A stretch of DNA of 64,000 nt from an uncultured Spirochaetota bacterium (GCA_963835575.1 CAWIGG010000002.1:416001-480000), one strand, 5' to 3'; shown: positions 29,228 through 39,292, numbered from the stretch's first letter. Made by a program: numbers and translations. Notes: generated by a model not told the origin, from the sequence alone.

Positions 29228-30907
29228 ATGAAGTGGCTAAACTATTTTATAATAGTTATTGTCGTCCAGTTTGCCGTATTCAGCACAGATAATGTATTCG
29301 CCAATGATATTAAGCTGTTTGACAAAGCGACTATGGAGTATTTTGTTCCGATTGCCGATTTTCCAAATGATAGCTCTCTGACGGATTACATTCGTTCGCC
29401 TAAAATCAGAAATCAATTCGGGATGGACATCGATTCCGGCGATTTGAAATTTGTATCTCATTGGAACGGCGATCTGATCTTCGGTGGTAATAATTCAAAT
29501 AACCTGGTGGAATTGACTGCCGATGAAAACTTTATCGCATGGAATCCATCCGGTTTCAGGCTTGCGGCTGGAAATCAGATTTTTTCATGGGGTAAAGCCG
29601 ACGGAATCAATCCGACCGCGGTCATCAACCGGTTTGATTACCGCGACCCAGCTGATGTAAGAAAAATTCCAAATCCTTCTGTCACGTTTTCTGGATATCC
29701 GGCTTCCTGGATGTCCATCGATGTGGTATACCTTCCGTTTAAACAGGTGAGTTTATTCCCATACAGTATTTCTGATAAATTTCCTCAAGCCCTGTTTAAT
29801 GAGCATGTTGTGAGCAGTTTCGCGCTGAATATAACAAACTTCAATATGGGAACAGGCGCACTTGGGATAACATCAACGGAATCGGTTACAGATTCGGTTA
29901 TGAGCAAAAATATCAGTTATGAGAATGATATGGATTTGAAAAGGCCGGTCGTGGCATTGCGCGCCAATCTCTTTACAGGCCCGGTCGATCTTTCAATTAT
30001 GTATGCGAACGATATTGATCAGTTCTATTCACCAGTCATTGAACTGGAACAATATAACCCTATGCCGGATTCAATACGGGATAATGCCGTTAACACGGCG
30101 GTCTCGAACGCAGTCTCAAACGGCATTATCCCTAATAATCCTGTACTGATAGCCCAACTGGAAGCTTCGCTTTCGGCCAATATCAGTCAGTCTGCGTACC
30201 GTATTTCTTCCATCAGCCTTGAGCGCAAGCGCATCCATAGGTTCGGGCTTGATTTTAAAACAACCGTCGGACCGGTCGGTCTGTGGGGTGAAACATGTTA
30301 TTCCATCGGAGATAATTTTACGGGCCCCAGTATTTCAATCCGCAGTCCACAACTGGACTGGACTGCCGGGTTTGACTTTTCTTACGGTCCTGACAATGCC
30401 TGGTATGCTGACATACAGTATACAGGGACATACGTGTTTAACTACGATTCAGGGTTTTTTACCGATTATCTTAATGGAAAGCCGGACGCTGGAAAATCCG
30501 GAGACGAAGCATACATGAAAAAATATTACTATAGGGCGTTTACACAGGCTCTTGGTAGTCAATTCGAGGGAATAACGCATGGGTTTGTTATTCATTCCAG
30601 GTGGCCGCTGCTGGATGATACTGTCACTCCATCTCTTTCGCTCAATTATTTTCTGCCTGTAGATTATGATGAGAAAGAAAAAACAAGGTACGGACGGGGA
30701 ATTATAATGCCTGATATCAAGTGGCAAGTATCCGATGATTTGAGCATCTCAGCCGGGGCCTCTTTTTTCTTTGCTCTTATAAAGGGAAATGACGGATCGT
30801 TAAAAATTGACCGTAATGATCCTGTCGGTATGTTTTATGATGATTCTACCGCATACATAAAGTTATCGTATGCGTGGAATTATAGTCCGCAATCATCAAA
30901 GGAGTAA
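29228..30907 (+). CDS. Putative outer-membrane beta-barrel (DUF1302-like), copy 1
   Basis: GNQIFSWGKADGINPT motif; C-terminal AYIKLSYAW. Confidence 0.7.
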   Translation: MKWLNYFIIVIVVQFAVFSTDNVFANDIKLFDKATMEYFVPIADFPNDSSLTDYIRSPKIRNQFGMDIDSGDLKFVSHWNGDLIFGGNNSNNLVELTADENFIAWNPSGFRLAAGNQIFSWGKADGINPTAVINRFDYRDPADVRKIPNPSVTFSGYPASWMSIDVVYLPFKQVSLFPYSISDKFPQALFNEHVVSSFALNITNFNMGTGALGITSTESVTDSVMSKNISYENDMDLKRPVVALRANLFTGPVDLSIMYANDIDQFYSPVIELEQYNPMPDSIRDNAVNTAVSNAVSNGIIPNNPVLIAQLEASLSANISQSAYRISSISLERKRIHRFGLDFKTTVGPVGLWGETCYSIGDNFTGPSISIRSPQLDWTAGFDFSYGPDNAWYADIQYTGTYVFNYDSGFFTDYLNGKPDAGKSGDEAYMKKYYYRAFTQALGSQFEGITHGFVIHSRWPLLDDTVTPSLSLNYFLPVDYDEKEKTRYGRGIIMPDIKWQVSDDLSISAGASFFFALIKGNDGSLKIDRNDPVGMFYDDSTAYIKLSYAWNYSPQSSKE

Positions 30908-30910
30908 ATT

Positions 30911-33400
30911 ATGCAGTTTCTTTATGACAACCATATACTGATTATAGTGCTTGCAATTTTTGCTACCGTATATATGATTTATCGTCTGATCGGCATCGAG
31001 CGTATCGCTCATGCGGTAACTCGCAATCCGGTAATATCCATTATCCTTTCCTTCGTGTTGATAGCCGCATTGGGAATTGGTGTAAAGAACCTTAAGGTTG
31101 ACGTTGATACAAAATCGATTATGCCGTCTACAGTCCCTAGCGACATAGCGACAAAGAAAATCGACAAACTCTTCGGCGGCGTTGAAACCGTTTTTATTGC
31201 AATTGAGGCAAAGAAAGGCACAATCTGGACCCCTGCAATCTTAAAAAAAGTTCAGGCTATCAGCCGTGAACTGAAAGAAGCCAGGTATGTAGAAAGCGTT
31301 ATTTCCCTGTCGGAGACAAAGGATGCGGCCATTGAAGACGACACTCTGGTTACCCGCTCTTTTATGGAGAAAGTTCCAGAGACTCAGGCTGAAATGAATG
31401 CGCTTCAAGAAAGGGTGAAAAAAAACAAATTTCTCGGCAGTAAACTGGTGAGCGCCGATGGCACTGTGACGCTTATTCTGGCGAAAGTGAGCCAGGATAT
31501 ATCCGTTACGTCTAACGGTATGCCGATAACCATAAAGGTGGATAGAAGTGAAATCTGCGCCCTGGATGAAAAACATCCCGACAAACCGACGCTTGAAAAT
31601 CTCAAAGCAAAATATGAAGACGACAGTGTGAAAATTTCTCTTTCAGGGTATTTATATGTGAATTATGACACCCAGGGAAATACCACGGGGGAAATGAAAC
31701 TTTTCATTATCGGCAGTATTGTTCTGATGCTATTTATTTTATATTTTTTCTTCCGCAGCATAAGGGGTATGCTGCTCCCATTTTTTGTCGTTGCTCTGAG
31801 TATGGTTGGATTATACGGATTTATCGGATGGATGAAAGAAATACTCTTTATTCCGTATGTTATTATTCCGCCAATGTTTATTGCAATCGCACATAATTAC
31901 GGAACTCAGCTGATGGCGAATTATTATGAAGATGTCCAGAAAAATTCTGATAAAAAAGATATGAGTAGTGTGGCCAGATCAGGCATTATCAAAATGTCCA
32001 CTCCTATTTTCCTTTCCGTTGCCACGGTAATTATCGGTTTTCTGGCTATGTACGGGCATCCGCTGAAAAGCATCGCCTATCTGGGATTTTTCAGTGCGTT
32101 CGGCATCATTCTTGCTTTTATTCTCACAATAGTGCTGACTCCGTCTATTCTGAGCCTGTTGAAAGCACCCTCTCATCTGCTGAAAGGAAAACACGGAACA
32201 ACTATCGATCGGCTGCTCGGACTGATTGCATCATTTATCATACGTTACCGGGTTGCATTAGTTGTCTGTACAATATCCGTTCTGGCTTTGTTTGCCATTT
32301 TGATACCACGTGTTGAAGTTGACAATAATGCAATCGATTTTTACAAGCAAAACAATCCTGTAAGGCAGACATTTGAAATGCTTGGCAAAAAATTTTCAGG
32401 TGCGGCGTCAATCAGCCTTTTGATTGAATCTAAACATCCGGTCTCAATCGACAGCGCTGAAGACGGCCCGATAAAAAGCCCTGAAATGCTGAAATGGATG
32501 GAGCGGCTGCAGGCGTATGCAAAATCTCTCACCAATTCCGCAACCGGTAAACCGATGGTCGGGGATGCCTATTCGCTTGCCGATGAGATTGCTTATCTCA
32601 ATTCGGTAATGCAAGGTGATGAATCGAAAAACTTTGTCCCGGACAACAAAAACCTGATCGCGCAATACCTGCTGCTTTTTGAAAGCGCTGGCGGTGGAAA
32701 AGACACGGCAACGCTCGTTGATTATAAATATAATAATGCACAGATAATTATTCAAATGCCGGAAATGAGCACGAGTTATGTTAAGACAGTGGTCGATGCC
32801 TTGAGAGACTTTATAAAAAAAGATCCGCCCCCTGATGCAGCCGCCTCATTCGGCGGGAACATTATGTACAGTCTGGAACTTTCTCCGATGTTGGTCCAGG
32901 GCCAGATTTTCAGTATAATACTCAGCGTTGTCGTGATACTGATCTGTTATATGGTTGTTTTCCGTTCATTCACCGCCGGATTAATAGCGGCGGTGCCGCT
33001 AATCAGTGCGATTCTTTCCGTTTTCGGCGCCATGTCTCTTTTCCATATCAAACTGAATCTGGTTACGGTCATTCTTTCCAGTATTATGATTGGAGCCGGT
33101 ACCGACTATACCGCGTATTTTTTGTGGAGGCTGCGTGAGATGATGCAGCAATTCGGCAATCTTGAAAAGGCCTATCATGCGACTATGACCACGATCGGTA
33201 AAGGTATTGTTTTCAACGGGCTTTCTGTTGTAATCGGATTTGTGGTGTTATTATTCAGCCATTTCCAGCCGGTAATCGATTTTGGATTTCTCATAGCTTC
33301 ATCTATAATGATATGCATTATCGCAGCGCTGACTATAATGCCGGCGGTGATCATTATGATAAAGCCGAAATTTTTAAGCAGAAAGACAGGGGATCGGTAA
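30911..33400 (+). CDS. MMPL/RND family transporter, copy 1
   Basis: Two TM repeats with large periplasmic loops; GAGTDY. Confidence 0.9.
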   Translation: MQFLYDNHILIIVLAIFATVYMIYRLIGIERIAHAVTRNPVISIILSFVLIAALGIGVKNLKVDVDTKSIMPSTVPSDIATKKIDKLFGGVETVFIAIEAKKGTIWTPAILKKVQAISRELKEARYVESVISLSETKDAAIEDDTLVTRSFMEKVPETQAEMNALQERVKKNKFLGSKLVSADGTVTLILAKVSQDISVTSNGMPITIKVDRSEICALDEKHPDKPTLENLKAKYEDDSVKISLSGYLYVNYDTQGNTTGEMKLFIIGSIVLMLFILYFFFRSIRGMLLPFFVVALSMVGLYGFIGWMKEILFIPYVIIPPMFIAIAHNYGTQLMANYYEDVQKNSDKKDMSSVARSGIIKMSTPIFLSVATVIIGFLAMYGHPLKSIAYLGFFSAFGIILAFILTIVLTPSILSLLKAPSHLLKGKHGTTIDRLLGLIASFIIRYRVALVVCTISVLALFAILIPRVEVDNNAIDFYKQNNPVRQTFEMLGKKFSGAASISLLIESKHPVSIDSAEDGPIKSPEMLKWMERLQAYAKSLTNSATGKPMVGDAYSLADEIAYLNSVMQGDESKNFVPDNKNLIAQYLLLFESAGGGKDTATLVDYKYNNAQIIIQMPEMSTSYVKTVVDALRDFIKKDPPPDAAASFGGNIMYSLELSPMLVQGQIFSIILSVVVILICYMVVFRSFTAGLIAAVPLISAILSVFGAMSLFHIKLNLVTVILSSIMIGAGTDYTAYFLWRLREMMQQFGNLEKAYHATMTTIGKGIVFNGLSVVIGFVVLLFSHFQPVIDFGFLIASSIMICIIAALTIMPAVIIMIKPKFLSRKTGDR

Positions 33401-33464
33401 TATCACAGGTTTTACAAAAAATTAAACATTGGGAAATAGTCTTTAAAAATAAATTACGAAAAAA

Positions 33465-33493
33465 AAGCGTCCGTTTTTGATAAACGGACGCTT
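33465..33493. terminator. Stem-loop after the MMPL gene
   Basis: aagcgtccgttt...aaacggacgctt preceded by an A-run. Confidence 0.55.
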
Positions 33494-33724
33494 CATATAT
33501 TCTTCCCCAGTTGGTGTCTCAAAACGTACTTTTGTGAGACGTTATAAAGCTTGAAATGAAGCGTAAGCTAAAATCCATATCAAAATAAGCCTTCTTATAG
33601 CATTGTTAAGAAAACACTTGACAATTGCTCTGTATGAACCTATCATAAATCCTTAGCGTACTATTTTGCCCGAATCCCCTGATCAGCCCTTATTTGACTA
33701 TTATATTTAAAATTTAATATAGTA

Positions 33725-35300
33725 CCTAAATTCCCAGAGTTCCGCGATTTCCGCTTGAAATCAGCCTTGCGCGGCACTGCTTGGCATCGGTTTATCATCC
33801 CAGTCTCGCGGCTGCTGCAATTACAAGCCTTGGCGATGCCTGAATACTCGTAAATCCACAAATTCCGCTGCTCCGGGCGCAACACACCCTTGTGGCGGCC
33901 TTCACATCATCCGGTTGGGAACTCGCTATATCTGCAGCTCACATAAGTGGCAGTAAAATTTCCGCCACCGGTCCTTATCCGCAAAATAACGGCTCAACAC
34001 CAGTTTTACCTGATGGCCCTGTCTCACGATTTTCCCCGCAACCCGAATAAACCACGCCCGGAATGTTTCCGGTTCTTCCCGGTGACTTTTCCGGTCAACC
34101 AGATACCGCATCCAGATTCCAACGTTATACGCCAGCACGCTGCAGCTCCACAGAAAATCATTCACCCAGAAATCTTGCGTCAGAAGCATCCCGGCGAACA
34201 TCTGCTGCTTCACGGCTTCGATCCAGTTTTCACACGTACCCCGGTCACCGTAAAATTTATGGCCCTGCCAAGGTTTCAAACGCATATTCGTACAATAGCA
34301 AAAATAGTCATAAACCGCTTTCGGGAATACCAGCCCTTCCGTTTCTATCCGGATCAGCTTTCTGACAGCTATGAACCGCCTCACATGTTTCCATCCATGC
34401 GCCCGGTACTCAAATTCCGCCTGTTCCCAGCCGCTTCGATCCGGAACCGCTGTCCAACCCCTGTTTTCCAGAAACGCCGCGAGGTTTTTCATTTTGGCTT
34501 TGACCAGAAAAAAAGCCCCTTTCATTTCTTCGATGACATCGAAAATCCTTCCGTCGAAAAATCCGCTGTCCATCCGGAACACAAGTTTTTTCCAGCCGGT
34601 ATGGAGTATTCCGTAAATGTGCCGGATAAATTCAGGCGCGTTATTCGCTGTGTAAGCGTCGCCCGGCCTGAAATAGGAGAGAATACATTCCCTTGTGCTG
34701 TTCAGGAATGCCAGAAGCGGATGATAGCTCTTCGCTCCCTTTTTATGCGGATTGTAGCCTGCCGCCGCTCCTTCCTGGCTTCCGTAAACCGTCTTGACGG
34801 TCGAATCGCAGTCCACGATTTTCGTTTTTACCCGGAACTTCGCGTGGACTTTGCGGGAAAGCTTTCCGTTCAACTCATTCATCGCGTAAGATTCTTTCAT
34901 ACCAACGTTTTCAATCCGCTTGATGATCGTAGAATCACTGATCGGCCCTTTCAAGCCCAGAGCTGCCCGGAACAATGGATCTTCAGTAAAATTCTCGACC
35001 TTCTTGATCCGGTTATACCCTGCCATCAGCGCGCACACGATTCCCGTAATAATTTGCCCGAACGAGAATTTCTGGTTACAATATTCCCGCACTGGAATAA
35101 ATTTTTTGAGCAACTGATTGAACCCAATCTTTTTCAAAAATACCAGCACGGGATAAATCCCGCTCACGCTGCTCAAATCCTGCGCCGTAAAACCAACTTT
35201 GATGTTTTTCACCATTTGGGTGCTCCTTCTGTTGTTTTGTAAAGCAATATATTATAACAGATTGGGGCCCCATTTGGTATTTTTACTTTGGGAATTTAGG
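33725..35300 (-). mobile_element. IS1380-family insertion sequence (1,576 bp)
   Basis: IRs CCTAAATTCCCA(G/A)AGT (15/16); 5-bp duplication TAGTA at 33720-33724 and 35301-35305. Confidence 0.92.
33926..35215 (-). CDS. IS1380-family DDE transposase
   Basis: DCDST..YGSQEG..GYNP, YHPL, RMDSGF, YGDRGTCENWIEAVK motifs. Confidence 0.92.
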   Translation of the reverse strand: MVKNIKVGFTAQDLSSVSGIYPVLVFLKKIGFNQLLKKFIPVREYCNQKFSFGQIITGIVCALMAGYNRIKKVENFTEDPLFRAALGLKGPISDSTIIKRIENVGMKESYAMNELNGKLSRKVHAKFRVKTKIVDCDSTVKTVYGSQEGAAAGYNPHKKGAKSYHPLLAFLNSTRECILSYFRPGDAYTANNAPEFIRHIYGILHTGWKKLVFRMDSGFFDGRIFDVIEEMKGAFFLVKAKMKNLAAFLENRGWTAVPDRSGWEQAEFEYRAHGWKHVRRFIAVRKLIRIETEGLVFPKAVYDYFCYCTNMRLKPWQGHKFYGDRGTCENWIEAVKQQMFAGMLLTQDFWVNDFLWSCSVLAYNVGIWMRYLVDRKSHREEPETFRAWFIRVAGKIVRQGHQVKLVLSRYFADKDRWRKFYCHLCELQI

Positions 35301-35355
35301 TAGTATTATTATTTATAGATAATCGAGGATTAAAGGATAAATTAAGGGGGATTTA

Positions 35356-35574
35356 ATGGCTGATTGTCAAAGTTTAGTTGCCTGTCCGTTTTTTAATGAC
35401 AAAATGGCAAACATGCCTACTATTGCCGGATTGATGAAGAGACATAAATGCCAAGGATATTTCGAGGATTGCGCCCGTTATATGGTTAAATCTAAAAAAG
35501 GAAAGGAAATGGTGCCGGACAATCTTTTCCCAAACCAGAAAGAACGGGCTCTGCAGATTATAAATGAGCCGTAG
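35356..35574 (+). CDS. Small four-cysteine hypothetical protein
   Basis: C-x5-CPFF...C-x6-CARY...VPDNLFP; RBS aggggg. Confidence 0.7.
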   Translation: MADCQSLVACPFFNDKMANMPTIAGLMKRHKCQGYFEDCARYMVKSKKGKEMVPDNLFPNQKERALQIINEP

Positions 35575-35628
35575 TTCAGCGCTCGTGAATTTTATTATTA
35601 TTGAGAAACAACGCTTTTTTGCTGATAA

Positions 35629-36402
35629 TTAGTTGGGTTTATTTTCTGCGTTGAGCAGCAGCTCTTTGACCCTTTTAACATTATCCTGGGCTGTGGTAAA
35701 AGCAGGATAATATTTAACTGAAATCTGGAAATATTTATAAGCTGTGGGAATGTCATGAAGGCCTTCATATGAAATGCCGAGATTGTTATAATAAATGCTT
35801 TTGGACGCCGGGCCTTCATTGGACGAAAAGAAGATCGCGGCCTTGAAAGCGGCCTCGGCCTGGTTGAAATTGGAAAGCTTGAGAAGGATCAGGCCGATCC
35901 TATTGTAGATTTCAGGATCGCTGGGCAGTAGCATTAAAGCGAACTGGTAGGAAATGAGAGCATTCTGGAAATCGCCCAGATATTTATTTTCATCGCCGAC
36001 GATCAGGCACCAGTTAACGGTACGGCCTATGTTCTGGATGGCTTTGAGCGCGGTTTTAAGCCGTTCTTTATGCTTGCCCTGGTTATTGTAGTAGCGGATA
36101 AGGCGGTTGTAAAGCTCGGCGCTTTTCGGATTGGCTTCTATCGCTGTCAGGAGTCTTGTTTCTTCGGTCCGGACCGGGGGCTCTTTATTTACGGCGGGTT
36201 TGGAAGAAGCCTCCTGAATATTGGTGTTTTCAGCGTTCTGGTCGGCTTTTTTTTCACCGGTTTCCGACAAACCTGTATCATCTTTTTTATTATCCTGAAC
36301 GGCGGGTTCAGAACTGATTTGAGAAGCAGCGGAATTAGACTCCTGTGAAAAGACAAGCGCGCTGAAAAATAATAAAACGATAAAAAAGTATATTTTTTTC
36401 AT
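35629..36402 (-). CDS. Exported tetratricopeptide-repeat protein
   Basis: Signal peptide, low-complexity linker, TPR motifs (YNRIG, YYNNLG). Confidence 0.8.
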   Translation of the reverse strand: MKKIYFFIVLLFFSALVFSQESNSAASQISSEPAVQDNKKDDTGLSETGEKKADQNAENTNIQEASSKPAVNKEPPVRTEETRLLTAIEANPKSAELYNRLIRYYNNQGKHKERLKTALKAIQNIGRTVNWCLIVGDENKYLGDFQNALISYQFALMLLPSDPEIYNRIGLILLKLSNFNQAEAAFKAAIFFSSNEGPASKSIYYNNLGISYEGLHDIPTAYKYFQISVKYYPAFTTAQDNVKRVKELLLNAENKPN

Positions 36403-36427
36403 AACCAGCTCCCCAACAATATTTTTA

Positions 36428-36511
36428 TGCCGAAGAGGGGACTTGAACCCCTACGAGATTACTCCCACTGGATTTTGAGTCCAGCGCGTCTGCCAGTTCC
36501 GCCACTTCGGC
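36428..36511 (-). tRNA. tRNA-Leu(CAA)
   Basis: Cloverleaf with long variable arm; anticodon CAA. Confidence 0.95.
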
Positions 36512-36512
36512 T

Positions 36513-37781
36513 TTATTTTGTTTTAATCAACGGCAATTTCGCTTTGGATTTAAATTGCGCTTTATTCATAAGGAACTGCAGAGCGGCGTCCATTTTAGCC
36601 GCTTCCAGGACATTCTCCCATTCTTCGCGGCTTGATTTCTGCTTGAATTCATCAAGGCTCTGATCGTGTTCCTTGGCATGCGAACGCGCGATCCTGTCGA
36701 TCAGCGCCTGGTCGGGCTTGATGGAATTCTTTTCCGCTATTTCCTTTGTCGCGAAATAAAATACGATGTTTTCATAGGTCCTGTCCAGAAGCCCGGAAAA
36801 ATCCTCCCTGATTTTTGATTCTGAAATCAGGTTTTTTAGTGAAATTTCCGTTATGTAAAAATTATTTTCGATAAATTTATTGATTTCCTCTTTAGAGCTT
36901 CTGAGAAACTCAGACTTCGGAAATTGGACCTTCGCGTTTCCGGCAAAGAAAGAAGCCAGCGAATTTTTCTTGTTCATTCCATTCAGGCCGGTAATCGTCT
37001 GCTCAAATCTTTTTTTGACGGAATCGCGGTATTCTTCGGCGGTTTTGAAGGGCGAGACTTCCTTGACAAGATCGTCTGTCAGGTTCTGAGCGGCGGGCCG
37101 CTCGACTTTAGTTATTTCGGCCTCTATAACATCGTTGTCGGTATTTCCCATAAAATCGGCCACATAGGAATCCAGGTCGTTAAAATCTAATTTTACTTTG
37201 TCGCCTGTCTTTTTTCCGGTAAGCGCTCTGACAATCTTGCTGGACAGTACCGCTTCCTTTTCTCCTTTATAACCATCGTTCAAAACCTGAATGGTGACGG
37301 TATCGTCTTCCTCAATTTTGCCTTTTACCGTTTCCAGGCTGCTGATGTCCTTCTGTATTGTCTGGTCGACCATTTTATCGTCGAAGTAGTATTCATCATA
37401 TTCTAGGACAAGATTATCGATATCGATATTCTGGACCACCCGGGGAACAACCTCAAAAACGAGCGAGAAGGAAAAAGGCTGGTCCTTGGAAAGGTTTTTA
37501 AAGGGTTTGAAACGCGGCTCCGAGTAAAGATAAACGCCATCGGCATGAAGCCTGTCGGCCGTCTGGACCACCATGGAGCGGATGATCTCATTCATCAGAT
37601 CATCAGAAAAATTCTTTTCGATTATATCAAACGGCACTTTCCCGACGCGGTAGCCGGGGAACTGCGCTTTTTTCTGAATGGAAAGAAAAGCTTCTTCATA
37701 GGCTTTATTGACTTCTCCGATTTCGAAATTGACAAACACCTGCCTGAGGCAGTCTTCATATTCTTTGACAAACAACTTCAT
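36513..37781 (-). CDS. tig: Trigger factor
   Basis: FPGYRVGKVP ribosome-binding signature; length; tRNA linkage. Confidence 0.85.
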   Translation of the reverse strand: MKLFVKEYEDCLRQVFVNFEIGEVNKAYEEAFLSIQKKAQFPGYRVGKVPFDIIEKNFSDDLMNEIIRSMVVQTADRLHADGVYLYSEPRFKPFKNLSKDQPFSFSLVFEVVPRVVQNIDIDNLVLEYDEYYFDDKMVDQTIQKDISSLETVKGKIEEDDTVTIQVLNDGYKGEKEAVLSSKIVRALTGKKTGDKVKLDFNDLDSYVADFMGNTDNDVIEAEITKVERPAAQNLTDDLVKEVSPFKTAEEYRDSVKKRFEQTITGLNGMNKKNSLASFFAGNAKVQFPKSEFLRSSKEEINKFIENNFYITEISLKNLISESKIREDFSGLLDRTYENIVFYFATKEIAEKNSIKPDQALIDRIARSHAKEHDQSLDEFKQKSSREEWENVLEAAKMDAALQFLMNKAQFKSKAKLPLIKTK

Positions 37782-37827
37782 TTTAAGATTTACTCCTTAA
37801 TAGATTGGGAAAAATTATAAAAAAAAT

Positions 37828-37900
37828 AGCGGGAAACGGGATTTGAACCCGCGACATCTACCTTGGCAAGGTAGCGCTCTACCAACTGAGCTATTCCCGC
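37828..37900 (-). tRNA. tRNA-Gly(GCC)
   Basis: gcgggaatagctcagttggtagagcg...GCC...ttcaaatc. Confidence 0.95.
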
Positions 37901-38014
37901 ATATCTTATTACCTTAGATAAAAACGCGCCCTGTCTTATTAAAGACCAGGCGAACCGTCAGAGTTGCACCTTTTGAGGCACGCCTTTTGAGATGCAGCTC
38001 TGAGGCACACCTCT

Positions 38015-38096
38015 TGCGAGTAGAGGGACTTGAACCCACACGCGTTACCGCACCAGATCCTAAGTCTGGCGTGTCTGCCAATTCCACCATACTCGC
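38015..38096 (-). tRNA. tRNA-Leu(TAG)
   Basis: Cloverleaf; anticodon TAG; long variable arm. Confidence 0.95.
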
Positions 38097-38140
38097 ATTT
38101 TGACAGGCTTAATGCCGGCTTTTAGACCTGCCCAGGCATT

Positions 38141-38213
<73 letters not shown>

Positions 38214-38234
38214 GTTTTATTTATTCTCGACCTC

Positions 38235-38308
38235 TGCGCCCGGCAGGACTCGAACCTGCGGCCTTCGGATTCGAAGTCCACTGCTCTATCCACCTGAGCT
38301 ACGAGCGC
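38235..38308 (-). tRNA. tRNA-Arg(TCG)
   Basis: Cloverleaf; anticodon TCG; top of anticodon stem imperfect. Confidence 0.9.
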
Positions 38309-38383
38309 TCATCCCCTTCTTATAAACATTATGTCTACCCGAGGGTGCTCCTTTGAAGCGAGCTTCCAGAGGCAAGCAAACTG

Positions 38384-38457
38384 GGTGGACAATGGGATTT
38401 GAACCCACAGCCCCCGGTGCCACAGACCGGTGCTCTAACCGTTGAGCTATGTCCACC
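38384..38457 (-). tRNA. tRNA-His(GTG)
   Basis: G-1:C73 pair; anticodon GTG. Confidence 0.95.
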
Positions 38458-38463
38458 AGGTAC

Positions 38464-38537
38464 TGCGCCTGACAGGAGTCGAACCTGTGGCCCACAGCTT
38501 AGAAGGCTGTTGCTCTATCCAGCTGAGCTACAGGCGC
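38464..38537 (-). tRNA. tRNA-Arg(TCT)
   Basis: Cloverleaf; anticodon TCT. Confidence 0.95.
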
Positions 38538-38541
38538 TCAT

Positions 38542-38616
38542 TCGGGGCGAGAAGATTTGAACTTCCGGCCCCCTGCTCCCAAGGCAGGTGCGCTAACCAA
38601 ACTGCGCTACACCCCG
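38542..38616 (-). tRNA. tRNA-Pro(TGG)
   Basis: cggggtgtagcgcag...TGG...ttcaaat. Confidence 0.95.
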
Positions 38617-38652
38617 AAAACAACAAACCTTTAACACTTTTTTGGGAGAAAT

Positions 38653-38681
38653 ATTTTAATCGATTTTTTTGCCCCTGTCAA
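38653..38681 (-). promoter_or_regulatory. Promoter of the tRNA-tig operon
   Basis: Minus-strand TTGACA-17-TAAAAT. Confidence 0.7.
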
Positions 38682-38853
38682 ATTTTGAAATGCTTTAATA
38701 TGGATTTGAATGGTTTTAAATTGAGCTGTTATTTAAACAAAAGCTTATATTTGCTAAAGATAAAAAAATAAATTGTTCATTTCAGGATGGTTGACAATTT
38801 TAAAGATTACAGTTATATTTTAAGATATTATAAAAAGAAAAAAAGGGGGGGGT

Positions 38854-38985
38854 ATGCCTCTTTATGTTATGATCATAGCGTCTCTCGGAATCGCGATATG
38901 TGTTTATGGAATTATATCAAAAATCATAGAAATTACAACCGACAGAGCATTAGATAAATACTTCCATAAAACACATACAAGATAA
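38854..38985 (+). CDS. Putative 43-aa single-TM protein
   Basis: MPLYVMIIASLGIAICVYGII...; G-rich RBS. Confidence 0.35.
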   Translation: MPLYVMIIASLGIAICVYGIISKIIEITTDRALDKYFHKTHTR

Positions 38986-39158
38986 TGAAGAAATTACTTG
39001 ACCGGTTTGTTTTAATTTTATTTTTTTCAATACTTTCTTTACTTATTATGTTATTATTAACTTATTCAAAGAGCGATATGGTTAAAGATTTATTAATAAC
39101 ATTTATCAGCATATTTTCGTTTTTGATTTTAATTTATGATAAATTGCTTAATAAATAA
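38985..39158 (+). CDS. Putative 57-aa two-TM protein
   Basis: TAATG stop/start overlap with the upstream ORF; hydrophobic. Confidence 0.35.
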   Translation: MKKLLDRFVLILFFSILSLLIMLLLTYSKSDMVKDLLITFISIFSFLILIYDKLLNK

Positions 39159-39292
39159 AATAATTTACAGTTATGTTTTTAATTTCCAAAATTCTTATCT
39201 AAATAATTCTAAAAATTAAATCTCATCTTATAATATTTATTGGACAGAATTCAGTCACAGGAATTGATTTATCATTTATTGAGGAGCCGGTA

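Larger units (their letters stand above)
23007..33689. mobile_element. Complete Tn3-family transposon (10,683 bp)
   Basis: 38-bp IRs at 23007-23044 and 33652-33689 (34/38 identical, GGG...ACGCTAAG); 5-bp duplication TTATT at 23002-23006 and 33690-33694; encodes TnpA. Confidence 0.95.

Noticed and set aside
33947..35242. 431-aa plus-strand ORF antisense to the IS1380 transposase
   Set aside because: Mirrors the transposase gene, has no recognisable motifs and no clear RBS; most likely a shadow ORF.
37966..38013. Short gcacc/ttttgag repeats between tRNA genes
   Set aside because: Short, degenerate spacer repeats with no further support.
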